From NCBI GenBank assembly GCA_965224085.1, contig CBDCYI010000005.1, positions 1,824,001 to 1,888,000 on the forward strand: a DNA stretch of 64,000 bases, given 5' to 3'. A program made the translations under genes and the position numbers. The stretch comes from Candidatus Marinacidobacterales bacterium (GTDB lineage: Bacteria; Acidobacteriota; Vicinamibacteria; Marinacidobacterales; SMYC01). This document shows, piece after piece, positions 42,966-53,134 of this stretch. Below the pieces are notes generated by a model that was given only the letters and a program-made list of their open reading frames with translations, was not told where the DNA came from and made no database searches. Each line of letters begins with the position of its first letter. Positions within the stretch are counted from its first letter, which is position 1.

Positions 42966-43814
42966 CTAAATGAGGTACTTGAAGCCGAGCACCATAGACC
43001 AGGGATTGATGCCACTGATTTCAGTGTCGCTCGGAATAGGAAGCGGATGCACCTCGTAAGGACTCGTGTCCTCAAGGTCATCGACCCAGATATAGGATGC
43101 CTTCACGCCGACTAGGAGCTTGTCGCCCAAACGATAGTCGACACCGACAAAGATCTGCTTGGAAAGCCCGCTGTCGGACAGATCGACGTCCTGCAGGCTG
43201 TTGTACTCCGCCGCGGGACGACCGTCGCACGGCTGATTGATGCAGGAATATTCGCTGCTGAAGTACAGCCCGGACAACTCCATGAAGGACAGCCCCAGCC
43301 CAACACCCAGATAAGGCATGATCCGGTTTTCCGCGAACGAGAAGTCGTGATAGGCGTTCAGGGACAGCGTGCGCACGGCCAGAGCATCGACTCTAGCTGT
43401 GCTGGTCGACGTATAGTTGCTGTCTTCGTTGGGTAGGACCGGAGACCCATCGAGCAAGGTGATGCCGGTGAATTCTTGCTCGACGTTGTTCGATCGCTGG
43501 GAGGCCGACACCTCCAAGCGCACTTCGCCGAAATCTCGACCGAAGGCAACTTCAAAGGCAGTACCGAGATCGGAGGGCAGGTCGTAAAACCACCGATAGC
43601 CCTCCGGCGTGCCGCTGCAAAGGTCGTTCGGATAACAGATGTTGTCCCGGTTATGGCCGGCCTGCTTCATGACGGGATTCGAGTTCGTACCGCCGCTTGC
43701 GCTCAAGTACCATCCGTAGGACCCCGGCTCTTGACCCGCGCTCCGTTCCGCTCCGCCGAGTACGGCGCAAATCGCAAGGGTGGCTCCGAAGGTCTGCTGC
43801 TTGGACAAATGCAC
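42966..43814 (-). CDS. Outer-membrane beta-barrel protein (OmpA/Msp2-like)
   Basis: Signal peptide, WYLSASGG, PYLGVGLG, C-terminal LGFKYLI; RBS GGAGGT. Confidence 0.75.
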   Translation of the reverse strand: MHLSKQQTFGATLAICAVLGGAERSAGQEPGSYGWYLSASGGTNSNPVMKQAGHNRDNICYPNDLCSGTPEGYRWFYDLPSDLGTAFEVAFGRDFGEVRLEVSASQRSNNVEQEFTGITLLDGSPVLPNEDSNYTSTSTARVDALAVRTLSLNAYHDFSFAENRIMPYLGVGLGLSFMELSGLYFSSEYSCINQPCDGRPAAEYNSLQDVDLSDSGLSKQIFVGVDYRLGDKLLVGVKASYIWVDDLEDTSPYEVHPLPIPSDTEISGINPWSMVLGFKYLI

Positions 43815-44129
43815 TTAAGTCACCTCCAGTTGAGTCCGGTCACCTTATTTGAGGCAACCAAGTTCCCAAGAATCCCGAGAAACGGATCTCACACTATGGA
43901 GCCGGTGAGGGGAGATATCAATCGCCCGACGGGGGGCAGGCCCAAGGTCCCATGATGTATGGTTCTCCTTTTCTGTCCCCATGACGGGGACGGGTTTGAG
44001 CTTGGGGAACCTACATCGTTTTTCTTTGACAGGAATCTTAAGACATCACCCGTTAAAACTGATGTAACCTATTGCACTACACAGTATTCTCCCTATGCCC
44101 GCAACAGTCAATGATGCCAGCACCCGTCG

Positions 44130-44335
44130 CGCAGCCGTCGGACCGCATCTGTGCGGACGGGACGATCCTCACGCGCAACACACGGCGGCGGGACAACGCC
44201 TGCTTCACCTGGGACATCCGGGTCTAGCGCCGCTTCGCGCTCCGCAACGGCACGGTCGTCGAGCCGATCGGCGAGGGGTTCAACCTGACCAACGCCGAAA
44301 ACTTCGTGGACACGACGGTAGAATCGCTCCTCTCG
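44130..44335 (+). pseudogene. 3' fragment of a TonB-dependent receptor-like gene
   Basis: Alternative frame reads RNTRRRDNACFTWDIRV*RRF..EPIGEGFNLTNAENFVD. Confidence 0.45.
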
Positions 44336-44339
44336 AGAA

Positions 44340-45006
44340 CCTCAAGCAGCACCTCGTGAATGGGGCCGGATTCTGCCGGAATTTATGGGAGGGCATCGGC
44401 ACCGGCCCGCCGCCGATCACGCAGATGATCTCCTCGATGCTCGGGGGGGACAGGTCGGCGGCAGACATACTTACGGAGGTCGACGGCGACGCCGAGAAGC
44501 TAGAGTATCCGCTCGGCGAGTTCTTCGCTGACGGGCACGACGACTGCGACACTGCCTGCTACCTGTGCCTGCTCCGTTACGGGAATCAACCGTTTCACGG
44601 CATCCTCGATTGGCAGCTCGGTGCCACTTTTCTCCGAGCGCTGGTTGACCCGCAATACCGCTGTGGCCTGGACGGCGACTTTGAGTTCTGGGGCATAGAG
44701 CGCTGGCCCGCCCTGGCACGGCGACTGGCCGAAGAAATGGCTATGCGTTTCTCCGGCGAGATCGCTGAGTTCGCCGGGATTCCCGCGTTTCGCGTGTCGA
44801 CGGGTCGAACGCTTAGCTCATGGGTCCTGGTGGCACACCCGCTGTGGGATTGGGGCGACGAATCCGAAATCGCGAGCGGTACCACCTTGTCGCGGGCCCG
44901 TGAGGACGCGGGAGAGCATGGGGAGCCGCTCTGCTGGGACACGTTTAATCTCTCAAGACGTCAGGTGCGCGTCCGCGAGTGGATTCGGACAACGCCCAGT
45001 GGCTGA
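44340..45006 (+). pseudogene. C-terminal DUF1998 (MrfA Zn-binding) part of a DEAD/DEAH helicase
   Basis: LVNGAGFC and CDTACYLCLLRYGNQPFHGILDWQLG; no helicase motifs upstream. Confidence 0.72.
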
Positions 45007-46229
45007 TGACCATGAAACCGTCGCGGCTCCCAAGTCCGCTCACGAAGATCGTGGTCCCTGACGAATTTCACCCATCGAGCTTCGCGCAACTCGAACATTG
45101 TCCGTTGTCGGTCTTGGGACTGCTTGGAGCCAACGTTGACGATCTCCTCGTCTCACATCCAGCCGTTTTCCTCGGTATGGTTCTTCATCACGTTCGACAC
45201 GAGGTTCTTGAGGGACGTTGGGCCGAGGCCGGCGATCCCCGACAAGCCGCGCTCGAAGTGTTCAACGAGACGGTAGAAGAAGCAGAAGCCGCTCTGAGAA
45301 GCGACGACGCCACCGCAGGCCTGGTGCCACTGCGTGAGTCGTTGGGTCGTAGAGACTGGAGGTCCAGGACGCGGGATCTGGAACGCTGGGCTGCCAACGT
45401 GACAACGAGCGGGACCAATGAGCTGGCGCGTCCACTGAGAATTAGACGGCGCCCTCCGTCAGCGGCTCCCAGCGAGCCGGCTCACGTCAAAACCGGCTCG
45501 GAAAAGATTCTCGTGAATCCCGACTTGCGACTACGGGGTCGACCTGACTTGTCTGCTCACGCCGACGAGGAGCGCATCGAGGTCGTGGACCTCAAGAGTG
45601 GGTGGATTACTGATGTCGACGGCCAGCTGCTCGACGAGTACGTCGTGCAGGTGCAATTGTACGCGCTGATGCTTGAGGCCGCCTTCCCCGGGACTCGGGT
45701 CACGCCATTCCTGGAACGGATCGAGCGCGTTGAAGTGCCTTGGGGAGAACGAGAACGAGTCCGCGTGACGGAACGGCTTCGGGAAGCTGCCAGCGCGCTG
45801 CCCGCTGGAGCAAGCCTTAAATCCCGAGACCTCGCCCGACCGGGGGTGCACTGCCGCGCATGTCGGCTACGACCGATGTGCCCAGCGTACCTGGACACTG
45901 CACCGACCTGGTGGCCGGACAGCCGCGGGAATCCGCGGCCCATGCCGCTCGACGTCTGGGGAGAAATAGTGAGTATCCAGGCAGAAGATGAGGGCGTAAG
46001 CGTGCGGCTCATTGATGTGGCAGGCAGGCGCGTTCGTGTCGACGGCATTAGTCGATCTCACGGTGTGGAAGTGCTGAGCGACGGTGATACCGTCTGGTTC
46101 TTCGATCTCGAAGCATCGGAGGACTTGAGCCAGCACGGCGCCCTGGTGCAGCCGCGCAACTTCCACGAGCGTCCACCCGGCCCGCGATGGCGACGAGCTC
46201 GGCGAGTGCGAGTCTTCTGCCCCGGATGA
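45006..46229 (+). CDS. PD-(D/E)XK nuclease, Cas4/AddB-like
   Basis: HPSSFAQLEHCP, LRGRPD..EVVDLKSG, QVQLYAL, CRACRLRPMC; TGATG overlap with the upstream gene. Confidence 0.8.
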   Translation: MTMKPSRLPSPLTKIVVPDEFHPSSFAQLEHCPLSVLGLLGANVDDLLVSHPAVFLGMVLHHVRHEVLEGRWAEAGDPRQAALEVFNETVEEAEAALRSDDATAGLVPLRESLGRRDWRSRTRDLERWAANVTTSGTNELARPLRIRRRPPSAAPSEPAHVKTGSEKILVNPDLRLRGRPDLSAHADEERIEVVDLKSGWITDVDGQLLDEYVVQVQLYALMLEAAFPGTRVTPFLERIERVEVPWGERERVRVTERLREAASALPAGASLKSRDLARPGVHCRACRLRPMCPAYLDTAPTWWPDSRGNPRPMPLDVWGEIVSIQAEDEGVSVRLIDVAGRRVRVDGISRSHGVEVLSDGDTVWFFDLEASEDLSQHGALVQPRNFHERPPGPRWRRARRVRVFCPG

Positions 46230-46519
46230 TCGCGCCGAACTCCTATCCGATGGTCGATCGCGTTTAACGCAACTATCGTTGTTTGTGAAGACCTGTCGAT
46301 CTCGACTCGTTTTCAGGCCGCACGAAAACCCGACTGGGCGCCGCACTCCTAAAGGCCTCCCGTAGAATCACGCCAACCGCCGATGAGACTTGCGCGTATG
46401 GTGCAAATAGTACGTCGAGCTCGACGTCGGCCTGTGGAGGGTCGATGACCGGATCTGCGCGAACGCGAGGATTCGATGGGCCGCCAGCCGAGGTCAATGC
46501 CACGACGATACGAAACCCA

Positions 46520-46760
46520 CGGGGCGGCTCGGACGGCAGTCGAACGTATCTACTCAGGCAGCCGCACGATAGTAATAACGAAGTAGGCCGCCGAGTCGCT
46601 CGCGGCACTCGACGCTGCGCCCATCCGCGTCCTGGGGAAAATCGTCTAGCAAACGGTTGCCGAGACCCTGGTGATTCCTCTCACGCAGATAATGGAGACG
46701 ATATTCGCGGAGAGCGCGTTCCAACGCATTCCGGCCAAACAAGACCATCCTGTTCAGGCT
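46520..46760 (-). mobile_element. 3' fragment of integrase-core transposase
   Basis: LNRMVLFGRNALERALREYRLHYLRERNHQGLGN..CRERLGGLLRYYYRAAA*. Confidence 0.8.
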
Positions 46761-47139
46761 GTGCTCCGCAAAAAAGTCGATCCAGCGTTGATTGCGCGGT
46801 TTAGACCTGCCATGTTTGGCTGCTTCGTGCCGCCCGCCTCTCCCGTCGGCGCAAACGCTCCTTTCGGAAATCAGGATTCGAGACCGAGACCGAAAATGAG
46901 GCTTGTTCCGCACTTCCTGCGCGTGTCGCGAACGGCACACTTCGGGTAAGAGCAGTCGCAAGGTTCGCGCACCAAATCGAGCAGTTTTGGTGTTGGAGGT
47001 TTCGAGCGCGGGTTGTCGCTGAGCCCGAGCGTGGAGGTTGGGTACTCCGAGACGGGAGCGGGTGTGGACATTGGCGCCAAGTAGTGACCGAGGCACACGG
47101 GCTGTGCGCCGGGGAAGATCCATAGGAGGTCCGGGCCCT

Positions 47140-47530
47140 GGTTGAGGTCCAATCCGAGACAAGTAAAGACATGAAGGACGCTCAGTCGCACCTGGACCAG
47201 AACGTGCTAGGGCAGCTACGCGGCAGTAGCCCTGGCCTCGATTCTGGACCCCTCGGGTGGGCCTCTTTTCCGACGCCGGACGGCCCTGTCAGCGGCCCGC
47301 TTCTCCCCTTTGGCGCAAACGTGGCACTCGAAAATCGGGATTAGAGACGAAAACCGAAAATGAGGCTCGTTCCGCCCTTCTAGCGCGTCTCTGGTGACAC
47401 CTATCTCCGTAAAACCCCGCCAACCGCGCGGAAAATCTCATCCGTCTCTGCAGTGCCACAATTGGCCAGACTGGGTGGCGGATGGTGCAGTCTGGAGCCA
47501 TCCGGTCTCGGCAAGAAGTGGTCCAGCTTG
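47140..47530. repeat. Dispersed non-coding repeat, copy A
   Basis: Clear similarity by eye to 47850-48240 and 56980-57220. Confidence 0.8.
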
Positions 47531-47744
47531 GGCGGAATGTTGGACCAGGGAATCAGTTGTCAATGGCGGTAATCACCCGCTGGCCCAACAAGTAGGTCAT
47601 CTGGCCTTCGTCGGAAGTCGCTTCTTTCCAGGCCGTTTCTTGGGCCAGCGGCCCGTGCGTACGATGGTCGGGGGGTGCTCGTTATTGTTTCGACAGATGG
47701 CGTTCGAAGTGATCGGCTTGCCTTGGCGAGCTTGGGCGACACGC

Positions 47745-48307
47745 TGTGCCTTCTATCTATTCATCCGCGCGCGCCGAACTTGATTAGTCTCCGCTCTGCC
47801 GGCACCATGCTGGCATGATTTCGTCGTTCGCTCACGCCTTGGCGGACCTAGTTGAGGTCCAATTCGAGAGCAAGATAAGGACATCAAGGAGGCCCAGGCG
47901 CACCTGGACCAGAACGTGCTAGGCCAGCTACACCGTGGTAGCCCTGGCCTCGATTCTGGGCCGCTCGGGTGGCCTCTTTTCCGCTGCCGCAGGGCCCGGT
48001 TCGCGGCCCTCTCCCTCCTTTGGCGCGAACTTGTCCCTCGAAAATCGAGATTAGAGACCAAATCCGAAAATGAGGCCCGTTCCGCCCTTCTAGCGCGTCT
48101 CTGGTGCCACCTAATCCTGGAAAACCCCGCCAACCGCGCGGAAAACCTCACCCGTCTCTGCAGGGCCACAATAGGCCAGACTGGGTGGCGGATGGTGCAG
48201 GTTGGAGCTATCCGGTCTCGGCAAAAGGTGGTCCAGCTTTTGGCGGAAATCCTCAAACAGAAAAGCCAGTGGAGATTCAGGAGGTTTCGAGTTTTTCCTA
48301 CCGTACA
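47745..48307. mobile_element. Non-autonomous element (~560 bp) containing repeat copy B
   Basis: Starts TGTGCCTTCTATCTATTCATCC and ends CGAGTTTTTCCTACCGTACA, both resembling family end motifs. Confidence 0.65.
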
Positions 48308-48319
48308 CGGGGTTCTTCG

Positions 48320-48712
48320 CTCACGTCGTGGCTGACCCTAGCACCCGGCAACAAGATCTCGGGCGGCCGCGTGCTGAGTTCGAAGTCGCGTCGGTCCTCG
48401 AATCGCGCCGCCGCGCTCTTTCGTATCGCTGCGGTGAACGTTGGGCGAACGCAGACCGCCCTTGGAGCATTCTACCGTCGAGTGGGCGCACGAGTCGGCA
48501 AGGCGAAGGCAGTGACCGCGACAGCGAGAAAGTTAGCAGTGCTGTTCTACAACGCCGTTCGCTTCGGACTCGCCTATGTCGATCCTGGCACCGACTACTA
48601 CGAGAGACATTATCAGGAGAGGGTCCTCCACAACCTCCAGCGTCGCGCTCGTCAATTAGTCTACACGTTGGTAGAGACGGCTGCATCGAGTCCGCACACC
48701 GGAGTTTCTTAG
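48320..48712 (+). mobile_element. IS110-family transposase, C-terminal remnant
   Basis: SWLTLAPGNKISGG, ALGAFYRR, KAVTATARKLA; ends GGAGTTTCTTAG. Confidence 0.85.
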
Positions 48713-49949
48713 GAAAGCCTCCGAGCTCCTGGGGATCCCCCTGAACCCGATCGACGACGACGATAACGATTGATCGTGGCGGCCGAGGAGCTGGCGGGTC
48801 GGATTGGACAAACGGCGGAAGCTTGCGAGGCGCTGGGCGTGTCTCGTTCCACGTTGTATCGTCGACGCCGACCGGTGACGTCCAAGCCGAAGCGCCGTCC
48901 TCGGCCGCAGCGAGCCCTCGACACGACCGAGCGCGAGAGGGTCCTCAGTGCATTGCATTGCGAACGGTTCGTCGACAAGGCGCCGGCCCAGGTGTGGGCC
49001 ACGCTTCTGGACGAGGGAATCTACCATTGTTCGATCCGCACGATGTACCGGATTCTGTCGGAGCACGGAGAGGTGCGTGAGCGCCGGAACCAGCTGCGGC
49101 ATCCGAACTATCAGAAGCCGGAGCTCGTGGCGGAAGCGCCGAACCATGTTTGGTCGTGGGACATAACGAAGCTGCGCGGCCCGGTCAAGTGGACCTACTT
49201 TTACCTCTACGTGATTCTCGACATCTTCTCCCGGTACGTGACCGGGTGGATGTTGGCTCGGCGAGAAAGCGCCGAGCTCGCCCGTCGTCTCATCAGCGAG
49301 AGCTGCCTCAAGCAGAACATCGAAGCCGACCAGCTCACCATCCACGCAGACCGCGGCAGCTCGATGCGAAGCAAGTCCGTCGCCTTGCTCCTGGCCGACC
49401 TCGGCATAACCAAGACGCACTCGCGGCCGTACGTCTCGAACGATAATCCCTACTCCGAGTCCCAGTTCAAGACGATGAAGTATTGCCCTGAATTCCCAAG
49501 CCGCTTTGGCTGTCTGGAAGACGGCCGCCTGTTCTGCGGCGGTTTCTTCGACTACTACAACAACGCGCACCGGCACTCGGGACTGGGGCTCATGACGCCG
49601 GCCGCCGTTCACTACGGTCGCGCCGACGAGCTCAACGCCGCCCGGCACCAGGTCCTTCTCGAAGCTCATCGGGCTCACCCCGAGCGCTTCGTGCACGGAA
49701 CACCTCAACCTCCGGTTTTGCCTCGTCAGGTCTGGATCAACCCGCCGCCCGAGAAAACGACGCCACAGGAGGCCCTAGGAGCCACTTTCTCGGGGCGCCC
49801 CATACCTGAGCTACCCCCGGATTCAAGCTATCCGGACGCGATCGCGTCGGAACCCAATCGCGACCGCACCGCGCTCACGCCCCGTCCTTCACTGATCGAG
49901 GCTCACTAAATGCAGCCTGCGGGTGTCTCAAAGTCGTTGACACGTTCCG
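48713..49949 (+). mobile_element. IS3-family element: orfA tail plus orfB (48770-49909)
   Basis: PNHVWSWDITKL, ILDIFSRY, IHADRGS, SNDNPYSESQFKTMK; end TGTCTCAAAGTCGTTGACACGTTCCG. Confidence 0.9.
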
Positions 49950-49950
49950 C

Positions 49951-50089
49951 CGGGCCAAGGGCGTGCAATTCCTACTCCTCGTTCTGGCTGGCTGGCTCAA
50001 CCGCCAGGAGCAGGATGTGATCGACTACCTGCGAGAGGAGAACCGTGTGCTCCGATCCGGTGCGCGCGGATGAATAAATAGAAGGCACA
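49951..50089 (+). mobile_element. Internally deleted derivative of the integrase-core transposon
   Basis: Transposase 5' sequence fused directly to the end motif GGATGAATAAATAGAAGGCACA. Confidence 0.75.
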
Positions 50090-50217
50090 GGTGCCATGGG
50101 TCAGGCGAAGATGTCCAGAGCCGCTTGGCGACGTGGGGCGTCTAAACCCGTTGTGATAAGCTCCCGGGTTGTAAATGAGTTCTCGGAAGACAAGGAGCGA
50201 TCAGGAGGTAAGACCCT

Positions 50218-50448
50218 TTGGCAAGACGAAGTAATGTTCACGTATCCAAGGACGGGGGACGGTGGAAGGTGACTCAGCGAGGCTCGAAGCTCTCGTCGCA
50301 CAACAAACAATCGAATGCTATACAGGCGGGCCGGCGAGAAGCGAGGCGTGATGCTGTCGACCTAGTGATCCACAGCCGAGATGGAAGAATTCGGTCTAAA
50401 GATAGTTATGGGCGGGATCCGTTTCCGCCAAGGGATCGAGAACATTAA
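50218..50448 (+). CDS. DUF2188-family small protein
   Basis: NVHV..GGRWKV..QSNAIQAGR..LVIHSRDGRIRSKDSYGRDPFPPR; RBS AGGAGG. Confidence 0.85.
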   Translation: MARRSNVHVSKDGGRWKVTQRGSKLSSHNKQSNAIQAGRREARRDAVDLVIHSRDGRIRSKDSYGRDPFPPRDREH

Positions 50449-50495
50449 GTCAGTCATCGAGGAGCTTTGTGAGAAGCTGCTGAGATGAGGACTTT

Positions 50496-50987
50496 GTGGT
50501 GTGGCGGCCTTTAGCCTCGGCGCGATCGCCACGCGGGCGACGCTCCAAGCTTCATCTCGATGAATCGGTTCCACGGAGTGTTGAGAGACTGCTCGACCAT
50601 CACGGTTACCGCTTCAGTACTTCCAGGCGGCGTCGCCTAACCGGACACTCCGACGCAGACCATGCAGCCCTGTGTTGGAGAGAGCGACGCACACTGGTCA
50701 CATTTGATTTCGATTTCTTCGAACCGCAGAAGGTTCCTCGCCATCGAACACCGGCAACCGTGATTCTAGACTGCGATCGCCAACGCGAACAGAAAGTGGC
50801 CTCCGCTGTAAATGCCATGGCCACCTACGAACGCCTTGTTGGTGCGGTTCAGCAGCGAACAAGATTGATCGTTAGGTCTGACGGGGAAGTGTCCGTTTGG
50901 AGAAGCGCGCAACCGTACGAGCCCCCCGACGAACGATATCGGTTCAGGCCGAATCGTCCACCCCTCATGTGGAGGAAATCGTCGTAG
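50496..50987 (+). CDS. DUF5615/VapC45-like PIN-domain protein
   Basis: KLHLDESVP, GHSDADH, RTLVTFDFDF; start uncertain. Confidence 0.7.
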   Translation: MVWRPLASARSPRGRRSKLHLDESVPRSVERLLDHHGYRFSTSRRRRLTGHSDADHAALCWRERRTLVTFDFDFFEPQKVPRHRTPATVILDCDRQREQKVASAVNAMATYERLVGAVQQRTRLIVRSDGEVSVWRSAQPYEPPDERYRFRPNRPPLMWRKSS

Positions 50988-51419
50988 ATGCGACCCCTTG
51001 ACTTGCCAAAGCGATGATCGCTTGGATTGTACAAGCGGAAACGAACGTTCAGAGTTTCAGGCATGACTGTTCTGGCTACACGCCGCCTCACTCCTCGACC
51101 CCTGTGGCCCTGACGATGAGAGAACTGTGTCTTCAGAATTCTGGTTCAAACTCTAGCACGCAGGCCAGTTACGGGCTGGCCGCCAACACTTAACCCTAAT
51201 CGCAAATAAACGTCACCGTGTCTGAGGTCTTTGGCCCCGTGAATAGCACCTTTTCCAGGTTCTGCATACACCGTGCAGAATCACCTATAGTGGCGGCGAG
51301 CGGGTGCCCCAGCACGAGCTTCTCGCCTGCGCCCAGTGCGGCTGTTTCGCGTTTTCGTGCTTCGAAGATTTTGCGATTAGGGTTAATTATCACAGGTAAA
51401 CCCCCGGCTGGTCCGGTTC

Positions 51420-51485
51420 GCAAACACAGATACTAAGCTGCTGATTTATAGTCTATTTCAAAAGGGCCGAGTTTTGGCACAGGAC
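51420..51485 (-). repeat. Isolated left end of the integrase-core transposon
   Basis: Reverse complement of GTCCTGTGCCAAAACTCGGCCCTTTTGAAATAG..CAGCTTAG. Confidence 0.8.
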
Positions 51486-52056
51486 TCCATCCTCTCAAGA
51501 GTTGGAGTCTCCGGGAAACCTGTGACGGTTCAATACACCTATCAGGGCGACCCTGTGCCATTGCCAAGAGGAGGCGTGGGTAGCATCGCCCAGCTAATGC
51601 ACCGCTCGGCATCATCAAGCCAACTTGCCGCACCGGGATCCTTAAGCAGGGGTAGTCCAAGCTTGACCAGACAACAAGGCAAGTCCAACTCCTCCGGTAG
51701 CTCCGTCCCCAACCAGCGCACGCCCTTTGCTGCGCCCTCAATCATCCAGGCTGTCACGCACTGAACCATGACCCGGTGCTCGGGTCCCTGGATGAGCCAG
51801 CCCACTGCGCCGAGCCAAGTGTTCCTGATGCTTAGAAAGTGTTCGGGGAATCCGGGTAACGGCACCGCATGCCCGCGGGTGGCCACCTCGATGTTGGACC
51901 GCGACGCAGCCAACGTCTCGGAGCGAATATCCGAGCGTCGCGTCTGGAACACGTGGCGCGTCGATAGGTGGTAGTGGTGCATCATCGACTCGCTGGCGAA
52001 GGACTGTTCAAGGGTAGCAACCCGTTCGCCAACATCTCCCTCGCCCGTTGGCACCT

Positions 52057-52117
52057 CCTGTGCTCCGCAAAAAGTCGATCCAGGCGGTACGCGATCTTCT
52101 TTTTTGCGGATCACAGG
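52057..52117. repeat. 61-bp inverted-repeat element (minimal MITE)
   Basis: CCTGTGCTCCGCAAAAAG..TTTTTTGCGGATCACAGG; the left arm recurs at 46759. Confidence 0.6.
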
Positions 52118-52164
52118 TTTCATGCACTAACGCCTATCCCCTGTCTCAGTTCTATTGCCGTCCA

Positions 52165-52905
52165 TTACTTTGCGCGGTCTTCCTGGGATTGCGAATCGCC
52201 ATCGTCTACCTCTGGCTCAGAAGTCTCCGGCTCAGCAGCCTCCGGCTCAGCAGCCTCAGGCTCAGCAGCCTCAGGCTCAGCAGCCTCAGGCTCAGAAGTC
52301 TCCGGCTCAGCAGCCTCAGGCTCAGAAGTCTCCGGCTCAGCAGCCTCAGGCTCAGAAGTCTCCGGCTCAGCAGCCTCAGGCTCAGAAGTCTCCGGCTCAG
52401 CAGCCTCAGGCTCAGAAGTCTCCGGCTCAGCAGCCTCAGGCTCAGAAGTCTCCGGCTCAGCAGCCTCAGGCTCAGCAGCCTCCGGCTCAGAAGCCTCTGG
52501 CTCAGCAACCTCTGGCTCAGAAGCCTCTGGCTCAGAAGCCTCCGGCTCAGAAGCCTCCGGCTCAGCAGCCTCCGGCTCAGAAGTCTCTGGTTCAGCAGCC
52601 TCCGGCTCAGCAGTCTCTGGTTCAGCAGCCTCTGGTTCGGCAGCCTCTGACTCAGCAGCCTCTGGCTCGGCAGCCTCTGGCCCAGCAGCCTCTGGTTCAG
52701 CAGCCTCCGGCTCAGCAGCCTCCGGCTCAGCAGCCTCCGGTTCAGCAGCCTCCGGTTCAGCAGCCTCTGGCCCAGCAGCCTCCGGCTCAGCAGCCTCCGG
52801 CTCAGCAAGAACAGTAGTAATTCGTGAATTTAGCTCATGCAGCTGCTTCTCCAACTGTGCTACAAACTCCGATATCAACTCGGCAATCATTCTATTGTCT
52901 TTCAT
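52165..52905 (-). CDS. Acidic low-complexity protein with ([10 protein letters not shown])n repeats
   Basis: RBS GGGAGG, helical N-terminus, then about 40 pentapeptide repeats. Confidence 0.65.
   Translation of the reverse strand: MKDNRMIAELISEFVAQLEKQLHELNSRITTVLAEPEAAEPEAAGPEAAEPEAAEPEAAEPEAAEPEAAEPEAAGPEAAEPEAAESEAAEPEAAEPETAEPEAAEPETSEPEAAEPEASEPEASEPEASEPEVAEPEASEPEAAEPEAAEPETSEPEAAEPETSEPEAAEPETSEPEAAEPETSEPEAAEPETSEPEAAEPETSEPEAAEPEAAEPEAAEPEAAEPETSEPEVDDGDSQSQEDRAK
52210..52807. repeat. 15-bp tandem repeat, about 40 units
   Basis: Consensus GGCTCAGCAGCCTC(C/A/T) with a 30-bp higher-order block near 52280-52470. Confidence 0.95.
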
Positions 52906-52999
52906 TGAAACCTCCCAAGTTCCTGGCTTTTCTCAACTCCGTGGACACGTTGCATCGGTTTCCGGACCCAAGAATCTATCACGCGGATCGGTGCGGGTT

Positions 53000-53134
53000 C
53001 AATAACTCCGAGGACTCCTCAACATTGAACCCGTCGTTCATCGAGCGGTTAAATCTGACCATCCGGCAAAGCTCGGCATACCTTTCGAGACGAACGCTTT
53101 CCCACGCTCGCTCGACGGAGAGGCTCGATGAGCA
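53000..53134 (+). mobile_element. IS1-like transposase internal fragment
   Basis: NSEDSSTLNPSFIERLNLTIRQSSAYLSRRTLSHAR. Confidence 0.65.

Noticed and set aside
44095-45006. 303-aa ORF as a real gene
   Set aside because: Chimeric: the first ~80 codons are an off-frame reading of another gene fragment joined to a helicase tail.
45006-46229. CRISPR-associated cas4
   Set aside because: No array or other cas genes are nearby; treated as a stand-alone Cas4/AddB-like nuclease.
47461-47515. tRNA gene
   Set aside because: Only an acceptor-end-like motif is present; there is no GTTCRA T-loop or cloverleaf.
47916-48335. 139-aa protein encoded by the dispersed repeat
   Set aside because: The other copies have stops in the equivalent frame.
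51542-52123. 193-aa hypothetical protein
   Set aside because: Its start runs through the 61-bp inverted-repeat element and no family motif was recognised; probably a gene fragment.
52210-52807. CRISPR array
   Set aside because: The units are contiguous 15-mers with no unique spacers, and there are no cas1/cas2 genes; this is a coding VNTR.
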